Positions 9,905 to 22,900 of a stretch of DNA of 37,655 bases are shown here, piece after piece (the first letter of the stretch is position 1; every line of letters starts with the position of its first letter). The stretch spans positions 372,001 to 409,655 of the forward strand of contig JBEUKZ010000070.1 of assembly GCA_048128005.1 (NCBI GenBank), written 5' to 3'. A program made the translations under genes and the position numbers. The notes under the pieces were generated by a model. The model saw nothing but the letters and a program-made list of their open reading frames with translations. It did not search any database and was not told where the DNA came from. The DNA is from Veleropilina oligotropha. Taxonomy: Eukaryota.

Positions 9905-10385
9905 CATTTAACTCCGAAACGGCCCCTGACCTGACTGATTACCTCCCAGATTCGAATTCCTGGGGAAAAATGCCTCTAGAAAAGTTAACTTAGATTTTGC
10001 CCCCACTCGGGTGGTAATGCCCCCCTTCTCCCTCTGGCCTATGAGTGAATGCGACGACACAACCATAAGAGTTCTTAACTTCTTATGGTCTTCACTTTTA
10101 CATTTCTATGTTTTTCACTTCCACACTTCTATATTCTTCACTTCAACACTTTATGTTCTTCACTTCAACACTTTATGTTCTTCACTTATACACTTCTTAT
10201 GTTCTTCACTTCAACACTTTTATGTGCTTCACTTCAACACTTATATGTTCTGCACTTCTACGCTTCTTATGTTCTTTTCTTCTACATTTCCTATATTCTT
10301 AAATTCTACACTTCTATGATCTTCACTTCTACACCTCTATGTTCTTCACTTCAACACTTCTATCTTTTTCACTTCAACACTTCTA

Positions 10386-10659
10386 GGCCGCTTCGACAGT
10401 ACAGTAGTACGGTTGTGGATACCGAAAATCACTGACTTGTTTCCGCTGACGTGAACAGTAGTGGGTTCGACCCCCGGCTGAGGCATCACACATTGGTTCA
10501 AGTTAAGAAGCACAGTTGTCCGTGACTAGTCGAAGAGTACGGGTTTACCCAGGCGAATGGGCTTTCCTCCCGCGATAATACGGACATGTCATTGTTTGAA
10601 CCAAATGATGGTTGGAAATATACAGGATATTAGGCATCGATCCTTTCCTTTCCTTTTTT
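10386..10659 (+). mobile_element. tRNA-derived SINE family A (V-domain-like), diverged full-length copy
   Basis: GGCCGCTTCG start, B box GGTTCGACCCC, central GTTGTCCGTGACT...GGGTTTACCC...TTTCCTCCCGCGATAA, (TTCC)-rich tail; homologous to 7 other copies. Confidence 0.85.
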
Positions 10660-11983
10660 CAACTCTATGTTCTTCATTTCAACACTTCTTATGTTATTCA
10701 CTTCTACGCTTCTTATGTTCTTCACTTCTACATTTCTTATGTTCTACACTTCCACACTTCTTATGTTCTTCACTTCTAAACTTCCATATTCTACACCTCT
10801 TATATTCTTCACTTCTAAACTTCTATGTTCTTCACTTCAACACTTTTATGTTCTTCACTCATACACTTCTTATGGTCTTCACTTCTACACTTCTTATTTA
10901 CTTCACTTCTTTACTTTTTATGTTCTTCACTTCCACGCTTCTTATTTTCTTCACGTCTGCACTTCTTATGTTCTTCATTTCAACACTTCTTATGTTCTTC
11001 ACTTCTACACTTCTTATATTCTTCACTTCTACACTTCTTATATTCTTCACTTCTACACTTCTATGTTCTTCACTTCTACACTTCTCATGTTCTTCACTTC
11101 TACACTTCTTATTTTCTTCACTTCTACACTTCTTATATTCTTCACTTCTACACTTCTATGTTCTTCACTGATACACTTCTTATGTTTTTCAATTCTACAC
11201 TTCTATGTTCTTCACTTCTACACTTCTTATGTTCTTCACTTCTACACATCTTATGTTCTTCACTTCTACACTGCTATGTTGTTCACTTCAACACTTCTTA
11301 TGTTGTTCACTTCTACACTTCTTATGTTCTACACTTCATATGTTCTTCAATTCTACACTTCTATGTTCTTCACTTCTACACTTCTTATGTTCTTCACTTC
11401 TACACATCTTATGTTCTTCACTTCTACACATCTTATGTTCTTCACTTCTACACTGCTATGTTGTTCACTTCAACACTTCTTATGTTATTCACTTCTACAC
11501 TTCTCATATTCTTCATTTCTACACTTCTTATGTTCTACGATTCTTATGTTCTTCACTTCTACACTTATGTTCTTCACTTCTACACTTCTTATATTTTTCA
11601 TTTCTACCCTTCTTATGTTCTATGCTTCTTATGTTCTTCACCTCTACACTTCTTATGTTCTTCACTTCTACACTTCTATGTTCTTCACTTCAACACTTCT
11701 TATGTTCTTCAGTTCTACACTTCTTATGTTCTACACTTCTACACTTCCTATGTTCGTCACGTCTACACTTTTATTCTTCACTTCTATGCTTCTATGTTCT
11801 TCACTTGTACACTTCTTGTGTTTTTCATTTCTGCACTTCTTATGTTCTTCATTTCTACACTTATTGGATTCTTCACTTCTACACTTCTTATGTTCTTCCC
11901 TTCTACACTTCTTATTGTCTTCACTTCTACACTTCTCTGATTTTCCCTTTTACACTTCTATGTTCTTGACTTCTACGCTTCTT

Positions 11984-12150
11984 ACCATCTTCGATTGCTC
12001 AACTGGTTAGAGCATCAGAAAAACGTTATGTGGGATGTTAGGATGTGGGTCAGATCGGAGTGAGACCTTAAACCGGTGTCCCGACCACGTCGAAGCTGAA
12101 AAATTGCCAAAGGGGTGGTAAAACAAAGTGGTCAGCTCAACTCAACTCAA
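11984..12150 (+). mobile_element. tRNA-derived SINE family B, internally deleted copy
   Basis: A-box-like TTGCTCAACTGGTTAGAGCA; TCGGAGTGAGACCTTAAACCGG core; (AACTC)n tail; the 3' ~100 bp are shared with the next copy. Confidence 0.7.
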
Positions 12151-12162
12151 TCTACACTTCTT

Positions 12163-12392
12163 GACCGTCCTCAATATCTCAACTGGGACTGTATGATGTG
12201 GGTTAAAGCCCACCCCAGCCAGTTCAAGCCCGCCCCAGCCTGGCTTATTCTAAGGCTTAAAACTAATAGATAGCATATCCCTAATGTATGTTGGTCAGAT
12301 CGGAGAGAGACCTTAAACCGGGTGCCCAGACCACGCTAAGGCTGAAAAATTGCCAAAGGGGTCGTAAAACAAAGTTGTCAATGAAACTCAAC
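12163..12392 (+). mobile_element. tRNA-derived SINE family B, second tandem copy
   Basis: Degenerate A box TATCTCAACTGG, B-box-like GTTCAAGCCC, same core and 3' end as 11984-12150. Separated from that copy by ~12 bp of satellite. Confidence 0.7.
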
Positions 12393-14154
12393 ACTACACA
12401 TCTTGTGTTCTTCTCTTCTACACCTATAAGTTCTTCACTTCTACATTCTTATGTTCTTAATTTCTACGTTCTTCACTTCTACACTTCTATGTTCTTCTCT
12501 TCCACACTTCTTAATTATATTCATCACTTCTACACTTCTTATGTTCTTCACTTCTGTGTTCTTCACTAGAATTCTATGCTATTCACTTCTACACATCTAT
12601 GTTCTTTACTTCTACACTTCTTATATTCCTCACTTCTACACCTCTATGTTCTTCACTTCAACACTTCCATGTTCTTCACTACAACACTTCGATCTTCTTC
12701 ACTTGAATGCTTCTTATGTTATTCACTTCTACGCTTCTTATGTTCTTCACTTGAACACTTTTATGTTCTTCAGTTTTACACTTCTTATGTTCTTAAGTTC
12801 TACACTTCATATGTTCTTCACTTCTACACTTCTTATGTTCTACACATTTATGTTCTTCACTTCAACACTTCTTATGTTCTTCAATTCAACACTTCTTATG
12901 TTCTACACTTTTATATTCTTCAGTTCAACACTTCTTATATTCTTCACTTCTAAACTTCTTAAGTTCTTCACTTCAACACCTCTGTGTCCTTCACTTCAAC
13001 ACTTCTATGTTCTTCACTTCAACACTTCTATGTTCTTCACTTCAACACTTCTTATTCACTTCTACACTTCTTATATTCTTCACGTCTACATGTCTATGTT
13101 CTTCACTTCAACACTTCTTATGTTCTTCACTTCAACACTTCTACACTTCTTAGCTTCTATACTTTTTATGTTCTTCACTTCTATGCTTCTTATGTTCCAC
13201 ACTTCTATGTTCTTCACTTCAACACTTCTTATGTTCTACACTTCTTATATTCTTCACGTCTACATGTCTATGTTCTTCACTTCAACAATTCTTATGTTCT
13301 TCACTTCTACACTTCTACACTTCTTAACTTCTATACTTTTTATGTTCTTCACTTCTATGCTTCTTATGTTCCACACTTCTATGTTCTTCACTTCTACACT
13401 TCTAATGTTCTTCACTTTTGCACTTCTTATGTTCTTCACTTCTACACTTCTTGTGTTCGTTACTTCTACACTTCTTATATTCTTAACTTCTACACTTCTT
13501 ACGTTCTACACTTCTTAGGTTCTTAACCGCCACACTTCATATATTCTTCACTCCTACACTTCTTATGTTCTTCACTTCAACACTTCTTATATTCTTCACT
13601 TCTTCTGTTCTTCATTTCAACACTTCTTATGTTCTTCACTTCTAAACTTCTCATATTCTTCACTTCTATGCTTTGTATGTTCTTCACTTCCACACTTCTT
13701 ATATTCTTCACTTCTACACTTCTTATGTTCTTCACTTCTACACTTCTTATGTTCTTCACTTCTACACTTCTTATGTTCTTCACTTCTACACTTCTATGTT
13801 CTTCACTTCTACACTTCTAAGACCTACACTTCAATGTTGTTCACTTCTACACTTCTAAGACCTATACTTCTATGTTCTTCACTTCTACACTTCTTATATT
13901 CCTCAATTCTACACCTCTATGTTGTTCATTTCAACACTTCTACGTTCTTCATTTCAACACTTCTATGTTCTTCACATCAACAATTCTTATGTTCTTCACT
14001 TCTACACTTCTGATGTTATTCACTTCAACACTTCTTATGTTCTTCACTTCTATACTTCTATGCTCTTCACTTCTACACTTCTTATATTCTTGACTTCTAC
14101 ACTTATGTTCTTCACTTCTACACTTCTTATGTTCGTCACTTCTGCACTTCTTAT

Positions 14155-14217
<63 letters not shown>
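14155..14217 (+). repeat. Compound microsatellite (GCAC)n(AC)n
   Basis: Directly visible. Confidence 0.97.
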
Positions 14218-14218
<1 letters not shown>

Positions 14219-14295
14219 CAAGACTTACGCAGTAGCACCTACATATTTTGATTTACTCGCTTGCCAAACCTCTATTCATAGCAGTCAGCAATCAG

Positions 14296-14420
14296 TGAGT
14301 GAATGCGACGACACAACCATAAGAGTTCTTAACTTCTTATGGTCTTCACTTTTACATTTCTATGTTTTTCACTTCCACACTTCTATATTCTTCACTTCAA
14401 CACTTTATGTTCTTCACTTC
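14296..14420 (+). repeat. Direct duplicate of 10042-10166 (unique leader + start of satellite)
   Basis: TGAGTGAATGCGACGACACAACCATAAGAGTTCTTAACTTCTTATGGTC... is identical at both positions (offset 4254). Confidence 0.92.
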
Positions 14421-16959
14421 TACAGTTCTTTTGTTCTTCACTTCTACAATTCTTATATTCTTCACTTCTACACTTCTTATGTTCTACACTTCTGCACTTC
14501 TTATGTTCTTCACTTCTACACTTCTTATGTTCTTCACTTCTACACTTCTTATGTTCTTCACTTCTACACTTCTTATATTCCTCACTTCCACACTTCTTAT
14601 ATTCTTCACTTCTACACTTCTTATGTTCTACACTTCTGCACTTCTTATGTTCTTCACTTCTACACTTCTTATGTTCTTCACTTCTACACTTCTTATGTTC
14701 GTCACTTCTACACTTCTTATGTTCTTCACTTCTACACTTATTTTGGTCTTCACTTCTACACTTCTTATGTCCTTCACTTCTACGCTTCTTATGTTCTTCA
14801 CTTCTACACTTCGTTTGGTCTTCACTTCTACACTTCTTATGTTATTCACTTCTATGCTTCTTATATTTTGCACTTCTACACTTTTATTTTCTTCACTTTT
14901 GCACTTCTTATGCTCTTCAATTTTACACTTCGTATGTTCGTCACTTCTACACTTCTTATATTCTTCACTTCTACACTTCTTATGTTCTAAACTTCTTATG
15001 TTCTTTACCTCTACACTTCTTATGTTCTTTACTTCAACACTTCTTATGTTCTTCTCTTCTACATTTCTTATATTCTTCACTTCTGCACTTCTTCTGTCCT
15101 TCACTTCAACACTTCTATGTTCTTCACTTCAACAATTCTTATGTTCGTCCTTTCTACACTTCTGCACTTCTTCAGTTTTATACTTGTTATGTTCTTCAGT
15201 TATATACTTCTTATGTTCCACACTTTTATGTTCTTCACTTCAGCTCTTCTTATGTTCTTCACTTCAACACTTCATATATTCTTCACTTCTACATTTCTTA
15301 TGTCCAATGCTTGTTACGTTCTACACTTCTTATGTTCTTCACTTCCACACTTTTATGTTCTCCACTTCTGCACTTCTTGTGTTCTTCACTTCTACAATTC
15401 ATATGTTCTTGACTTCTACACTTCTTGTGTTCTTCACTACCAAACTTCTTACGTTCTTCACTTCTATACTTCTTATATTTTTCACTTATAAACTTTTATG
15501 TTCTTCAGTTTTGCACTTCTTATGTTCTTCACTTCTACACTTCTTGTGTTCGTCACTTCTACACTTCTTATATTCTTCACTTCTACACTTCTTACGTTCT
15601 ACACTTCTTATGTTCTTAACCGCTACACTTCGTATATTCATCACTCCTACACTTCTTATGTTCTTCTCTTCAACACTTCTTATGTTTTTCACTTCTACAC
15701 TTCTTATATTCTTCACTTCTACACTTCTTCTGTTCTTCATTTCAACTCTTCTTATGTTCTTCACTTCTAATCTTCTTATATTCTTCACTTCTACACTTAT
15801 TATGATCTTAACTTCTACACTTTGTATTCACTTCCACACTTCTTATATTCTTCACTTCTACACTTCTTATGTTCTTCACTTCTACACTTCTTATGTTCTT
15901 CCCTTCTACACTTCTTATGTTCTTCACTTCTACACTTCTATGTTCTTCACTTCTACACTTCTAAGACCTACACTTCTATGTTCTTCACTTCTACACTACT
16001 TATATTCCTCAATTCTACACCTCTATGTTATTCACTTCAACACTTCTACGTTCTTCATTTCAACAATTCTATGTTCTTCACATCAATAATTCTTATGTTC
16101 TTCACTTCTACACTTCTGATGTTATTCACTTCAACACTTCTTATGTTGTTCACTTCTAAACTTCTTATGTACTTCACTTCTACACTTCCATGTTCTTCAC
16201 ATCTGCACTTCTATGTTCTATAATTCTATGCTCTTCACTTCTACAATTCTTATATTATTCACTTCTACACTTATGTGCTACACTTCAACACTTCTTATGC
16301 TCGTCACTTCTACACTTCCTATGTTCTTCACTTGTACACTTCTATGTTCCTCCCTTCAACACTTCTTATGTTCTTCACTTCTTATGTTCTTCACTTCTAC
16401 ACTTCTTTTTTCTTCACTTCTACAATTCTTATATTCTTCACTTCTATGTTCTTCAGTTTTGCACATCTTATGTCCTTCACTTCTACACTTGTTATGTTCT
16501 TCACTTCTACACTTCTTATATTCTTCACTTCTACACTTCCTATGTTCTTCACTTCTACACTTCTTATGTTCTTTACTTCTACACTTCTTTTGGTCTTCAC
16601 TTCTACACTTCATATGTCCTTCACTTCTGCACTTCTTTTGGTCTTCACTTCTACACTTCGTATGTTCTTCACTTCTATACTTCTTATATTTTTCACTTCT
16701 ACACCTTTATGTTCTTCATTTTTGCACTTCTTATGTTTTTCACTTCTACACTTCTTATATTCTTCACTACTACACTTCTTCTGTTCTTCATTTCAACACT
16801 TCTTATGTTCTTCACTTCTAAACTTCTCATATTCTTCACTTCTACGCTTTGTATGTTCTTCACTTCCACACTTCTTATATTATTCTCTTCTACATTTCTT
16901 ATGTCCTATGCTTCTTATGTTCTACACTTCTTATGTTCTTAGCTTCTACACTTCTTATG

Positions 16960-19900
16960 GTCTTCACTTCAACATTTCTTATGTTCTTCACTTCTACACT
17001 TATATTCTTCACTTCTACACTTATATTCTTCACTTCTACACTTCTTATGGTTTTCACTTCTACACTTCTTATGTTCTTCACTTCTATACCTCTTATGCTC
17101 TACACTTTATGTTCTTCACTTCTACATTTCTTATATTGTTCACTTCTACACTTTTTAAGTTCTTCACTTCTATAATTCTTATGTTCTACCCTTCGATGTT
17201 CTTCACCTCAACACTTCTTATGTTCTTCACTTCTACACTTCTTATATTCTTCCCTTCTATAGTTATTATGTTCTATGCTTCTATACTTCGTATATTCTTC
17301 ACTTCTACACTTTTATGTTCTTCACTTCTATACTTCTTATGCTCCTTACTTCTATGTTCTTGACCTCATCACTTCTTATGTTCGTCACTTATACACATCT
17401 TATATTCTTCACTTCTATACTTCTTATGTTCTTCACTTGTACACTTCTTTTATTCTTCACTTCTACACTTCTTATGTTCTACACTTCTTATGTTCGTAAG
17501 TTCTACACTTCTTATGGTCTTCACTCCTACACTTCTTATGTTCTTCATTTCAACACTTCTTATGCTCTTCACTTCTACACTTCTTATATTCTTCAACTCT
17601 GCACTTCTTATGTTCTTAACTTCTACACTTTTTATGTTCTTCACTTCTTATATTCTTCACTATTACACTTCTTGTGTTCTTCACATCTACACTTCTGATG
17701 TTTTTCACTTCTACACTTTTTATGTTCTTCAATTATACCCCTCTTATATTCTTCACTTCTACACTTCTTATATTCTTCACTTTTACACTTCTTATGTTCT
17801 GCACTTCAACACTTCTTATGTTCTTCAGTTCTACACTTCTTATGTTCTTCACTTCTACGCTTCTTATATTCTTCACTTCTAAACTTCTTAAGTTCTTCAC
17901 TTCAACACTTCTATGTTCTTCACTTCAACACTTCTTATGTTCTTCACTTCTACACTTCTTATATTCTTCACGTCTGCATGTCTATGTTCTTCACTTCAGC
18001 ACTTCTTATGTTCTTCACTTCTACACTTCTACACGTCTTTCCCTGTATACTTTTTATGTTGTTCAGCTCTATAATTCTTATGTTCCACACTTATATGTTC
18101 TTCACTTCAACTCTTCTTATGTTCTTCACTTCAACACTTCATATATTCTTCACTTCTACGCTTCTAATTTTCTACACTTCTAATTTTCTACACTTCTTAT
18201 ATTCTTCACTTCGACATTTCTTATGTCCTATGCTTCTTATGTTCTACACTTCTTATGTTCTTCACTTCCACACTTTTATGTTCTTCACTTCTGCACTTCT
18301 TGTGTTCTTCACTACTACAATTATTATGTTCTTCACTTCTACACTTCTTACGTTCTTCACTTCTATACTTCTTATATTTTTCACTTATAAACGTTATGTT
18401 CTTCACTTTTGAGCTTCTTATGTTCTTCATTTCTACACTTCTTTGTTCGTCACTTCTACATTTCTTATATTCTTCACTTCTACACTTCTTACGTTCTACT
18501 CTTCTTATGTTCTTAACCGCTACACTTCGTATATTCTTCAATCCTACACTTCTTATGTTCTTCACGTCAACACTTCTTATGTTCTTCAATTGTACACTTC
18601 TTATGTTCTTCAATTGTACACTTCTTATGTTCTTCATTTCAACACTTCTTATATTCTTCACTTCTACACTTCTTATGTTCTTCACTTCTACACTTCTATG
18701 TTCTTCACTTCAACATTTCTTATGTTCTTCACTTCTACACTTATATTCTTCACTTCTACACTTATATTCTTCACTTCTACACATCTTATATTCTTCACTT
18801 CTATACTTCTTATGTTCTTCACTTGTACACTTCTTTTATTCTTCACTTCTACACTTCTTATGTTCTACACTTCTTATGTTCGTAAGTTCTACACTTCTTA
18901 TGGTCTTCACTCCTACACTTCTTATGTTCTTCATTTCAACACTTCTTATGCTCTTCACTTCTACACTTCTTATATTCTTCAACTCTGCACTTCTTATGTT
19001 CTTAACTTCTACACTTTTTATGTTCTTCACTTCTTATATTCTTCACTATTACACTTCTTGTGTTCTTCACATCTACACTTCTGATGTTTTTCACTTCTAC
19101 ACTTTTTATGTTCTTCAATTATACCCCTCTTATATTCTTCACTTCTACACTTCTTATATTCTTCACTTTTACACTTCTTATGTTCTGCACTTCAACACTT
19201 CTTATGTTCTTCAGTTCTACACTTCTTATGTTCTTCACTTCTACGCTTCTTATATTCTTCACTTCTAAACTTCTTAAGTTCTTCACTTCAACACTTCTAT
19301 GTTCTTCACTTCAACACTTCTTATGTTCTTCACTTCTACACTTCTTATATTCTTCACGTCTGCATGTCTATGTTCTTCACTTCAGCACTTCTTATGTTCT
19401 TCACTTCTACACTTCTACACGTCTTTCCCTGTATACTTTTTATGTTGTTCAGCTCTATAATTCTTATGTTCCACACTTATATGTTCTTCACTTCAACTCT
19501 TCTTATGTTCTTCACTTCAACACTTCATATATTCTTCACTTCTACGCTTCTAATTTTCTACACTTCTAATTTTCTACACTTCTTATATTCTTCACTTCGA
19601 CATTTCTTATGTCCTATGCTTCTTATGTTCTACACTTCTTATGTTCTTCACTTCCACACTTTTATGTTCTTCACTTCTGCACTTCTTGTGTTCTTCACTA
19701 CTACAATTATTATGTTCTTCACTTCTACACTTCTTGTGTTCTTCACTTCTACACTTCTTACGTTCTTCACTTCTATACTTCTTATATTTTTCACTTATAA
19801 ACGTTATGTTCTTCACTTTTGAGCTTCTTATGTTCTTCATTTCTACACTTCTTTTGTTCGTCACTTCTACATTTCTTATATTCTTCACTTCTACACTTCT

Positions 19901-22900
19901 TACGTTCTACTCTTCTTATGTTCTTAACCGCTACACTTCATATATTCTTCAATCCTACACTTCTTATGTTCTTCACGTCAACACTTCTTATGTTCTTCAA
20001 TTTTACACTTCTTATGTTCTTCAATTGTACACTTCTTATGTTCTTCATTTCAACACTTCTTATATTCTTCACTTCTACACTTCTTATGTTCTTCACTTCT
20101 ACACTTCTATGTTCTTCACTTCAACATTTCTTATGTTCTTCACTTCTACACTTATATTCTTCACTTCTACACTTATATTCTTCACTTCTACACTTCTTAT
20201 GGTTTTCACTTCTACACTTCTTATGTTCTTCACTTCTATACCTCTTATGCTCTACACTTTATGTTCTTCACTTCTACATTTCTTATATTGTTCACTTCTA
20301 CACTTTTTAAGTTCTTCACTTCTATAATTCTTATGTTCTACCCTTCGATGTTCTTCACCTCAACACTTCTTATGTTCTTCACTTCTACACTTCTTATATT
20401 CTTCCCTTCTATAGTTATTATGTTCTATGCTTCTATACTTCGTATATTCTTCACTTCTACACTTTTATGTTCTTCACTTCTATACTTCTTATGTTCCTTA
20501 CTTCTATGTTCTGGCCGCTTCGGTAGCGCAGTGGGTAGAGTGTCCACTCTAAATTCACTGGCTTGTTTCCGCTGACGCGAACAGTAGTGGGATCGACCCC
20601 CGGCTGAGGCAGCACACATTTGTTCAAGTTATGAAGCACAGTTGTCCGTGACTGGCCGAAGAGGGCGGGTTTACCCGGCGACCGGGGTTTCCTCCCGCGA
20701 TAACACGGACATGTCCTGCCTTGAACCTCGATGTTATAAATATACAGGACATTAAGCATAATTCCTCCCCCCCCCCACTTCTATGTTCTTGACCTCATCA
20801 CTTCTTATGTTCGTCACTTATACACATCTTATATTCTTCACTTCTATACTTCTTATGTTCTTCACTTGTACACTTCTTATGTTCTACACTTCTTATGTTC
20901 GTAAGTTCTACACTTCTTATGGTCTTCACTCCTACACTTCTTATGTTCTTCATTTCAACACTTCTTATGCTCTTCACTTCTACACTTCTTATATTGTTCA
21001 ACTCTGCACTTCTTATGTTCTTAACTTCTACACTTTTTATGTTCTTCACTTCTTATATTCTTCACTATTACACTTCTTGTGTTCTTCACATCTACACTTC
21101 TGATGTTTTTCACTTCTACACTTTTTATGTTCTTCAATTATACCCCTCTTATATTCTTCACTTCTACACTTCTTATATTCTTCACTTTTACACTTCTTAT
21201 GTTCTGCACTTCAACACTTCTTATGTTCTTCAGTTCTACACTTCTTATGTTCTTCACTTCTACGCTTCTTATATTCTTCACTTCTAAACTTCTTAAGTTC
21301 TTCACTTCAACACTTCTTATATTCTTCACGTCTGCATGTCTATGTTCTTCGCTTCTACACTTCTACACGTCTTTCCTTGTATACTTGTTATGTTGTTCAG
21401 CTCTATAATTCTTATGTTCCACACTTATATGTTCTTCACTTCAACTCTTCTTATGTTCTTCACTTCAACACTTCATATATTCTTCACTTCTACGCTTCTA
21501 ATTTTCTACACTTCTAATTTTCTACACTTCTTATATTCTTCACTTCGACATTTCTTATGTCCTATGCTTCTTATGTTCTACACTTCTTATGTTCTTCACT
21601 TCCACACTTTTATGTTCTTCACTTCTGCACTTCTTGTGTTCTTCACTACTACAATTCTTATGTTCTTCACTTCTACACTTCTTGTGTTCTTCACTTCTAC
21701 ACTTCTTACGTTCTTCACTTCTATACTTCTTATATTTTTCACTTATAAACTTTTATGTTCTTCACTTTTGAGCTTCTTATGTTCTTCACTTCTACACTTC
21801 TTTTGTTCGTCACTTCTACATTTCTTATATTCTTCACTTCTACACTTCTTACGTTCTACTCTTCTTATGTTCTTAACCGCTACACTTCGTATATTCTTCA
21901 ATCCTACACTTCTTATGTTCTTCACTTCAACACTTCTTATGTTCTTCAATTGTACACTTCTTATGTTCTTCATTTCAACACTTCTTATATTCTTCACTTC
22001 TACATTTCTTATGTTCTTCACTTCTACACTTATATTCTTCACTTCTACACTTATATTCTTCACTTCTACACTTCTTATGGTTTTCACTTCTACACTTCTT
22101 ATGTTCTTCACTTCTATACCTCTTATGCTCTACAGTTTATGTTCTTCACTTCTACATTTCTTATATTGTTCACTTCTACACTTTTTAAGCTCTTCACTTC
22201 TATAATTCTTATGTTCTACCCTTCGATGTTCTTCACCTCAACACTTCTTATGTTCTTCACTTCTACACTTCTTATATTCTTCCCTTCTATAGTTATTATG
22301 TTCTATGCTTCTATACTTCGTATATTCTTCACTTCTACACTTTTATGTTCTTCACTTCTATACTTCTTATGTTCCTTACTTCTATGTTCTTGACCTCATC
22401 ACTTCTTATGTTCGTCACTTATACACATCTTATATTCTTCACTTCTATACTTCTTATGTTCTTCACTTGTACACTTCTTTTATTCTTCACTTCTACACTT
22501 CTTATGTTCTACACTTCTTATGTTCGTAAGTTCTACACTTCTTATGGTCTTCACTCCTACACTTCTTATGTTCTTCATTTCAACACTTCTTATGCTCTTC
22601 ACTTCTACACTTCTTATATTCTTCAACTCTGCACTTCTTATGTTCTTAACTTCTACACTTTTTATGTTCTTCACTTCTTATATTCTTCACTATTACACTT
22701 CTTGTGTTCTTCACCTCTACACTTCTGATGTTTTTCACTTCTACACTTTTTATGTTCTTCAATTATACCCCTCTTATATTCTTCACTTCTACACTTCTTA
22801 TATTCTTCACTTTTACACTTCTTATGTTCTGCACTTCAACACTTCTTATGTTCTTCAGTTCTACACTTCTTATGTTCTTCACTTCTACGCTTCTTATATT

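Larger units (their letters stand above)
4487..10041 (-). mobile_element. Academ (AcademX-type) DNA transposon; 5' terminus at 10041, 3' part interrupted by the virus-like element
   Basis: Transposase + XPG/PIN-like ORF. The end ...CCCTCTGGCCTA(10041) (5'-TAGGCC on -) is fixed precisely: identity with the empty paralogous site at 14296 begins at 10042. No matching TAGGCCAGAGGG end was found in the window. Confidence 0.78.

Noticed and set aside
20513..20610. tRNA gene calls at the A/B-box sequences
   Set aside because: These are SINE heads: an over-long A-B spacer, a shared non-tRNA body and tail, a TSD, and no clean cloverleaf.
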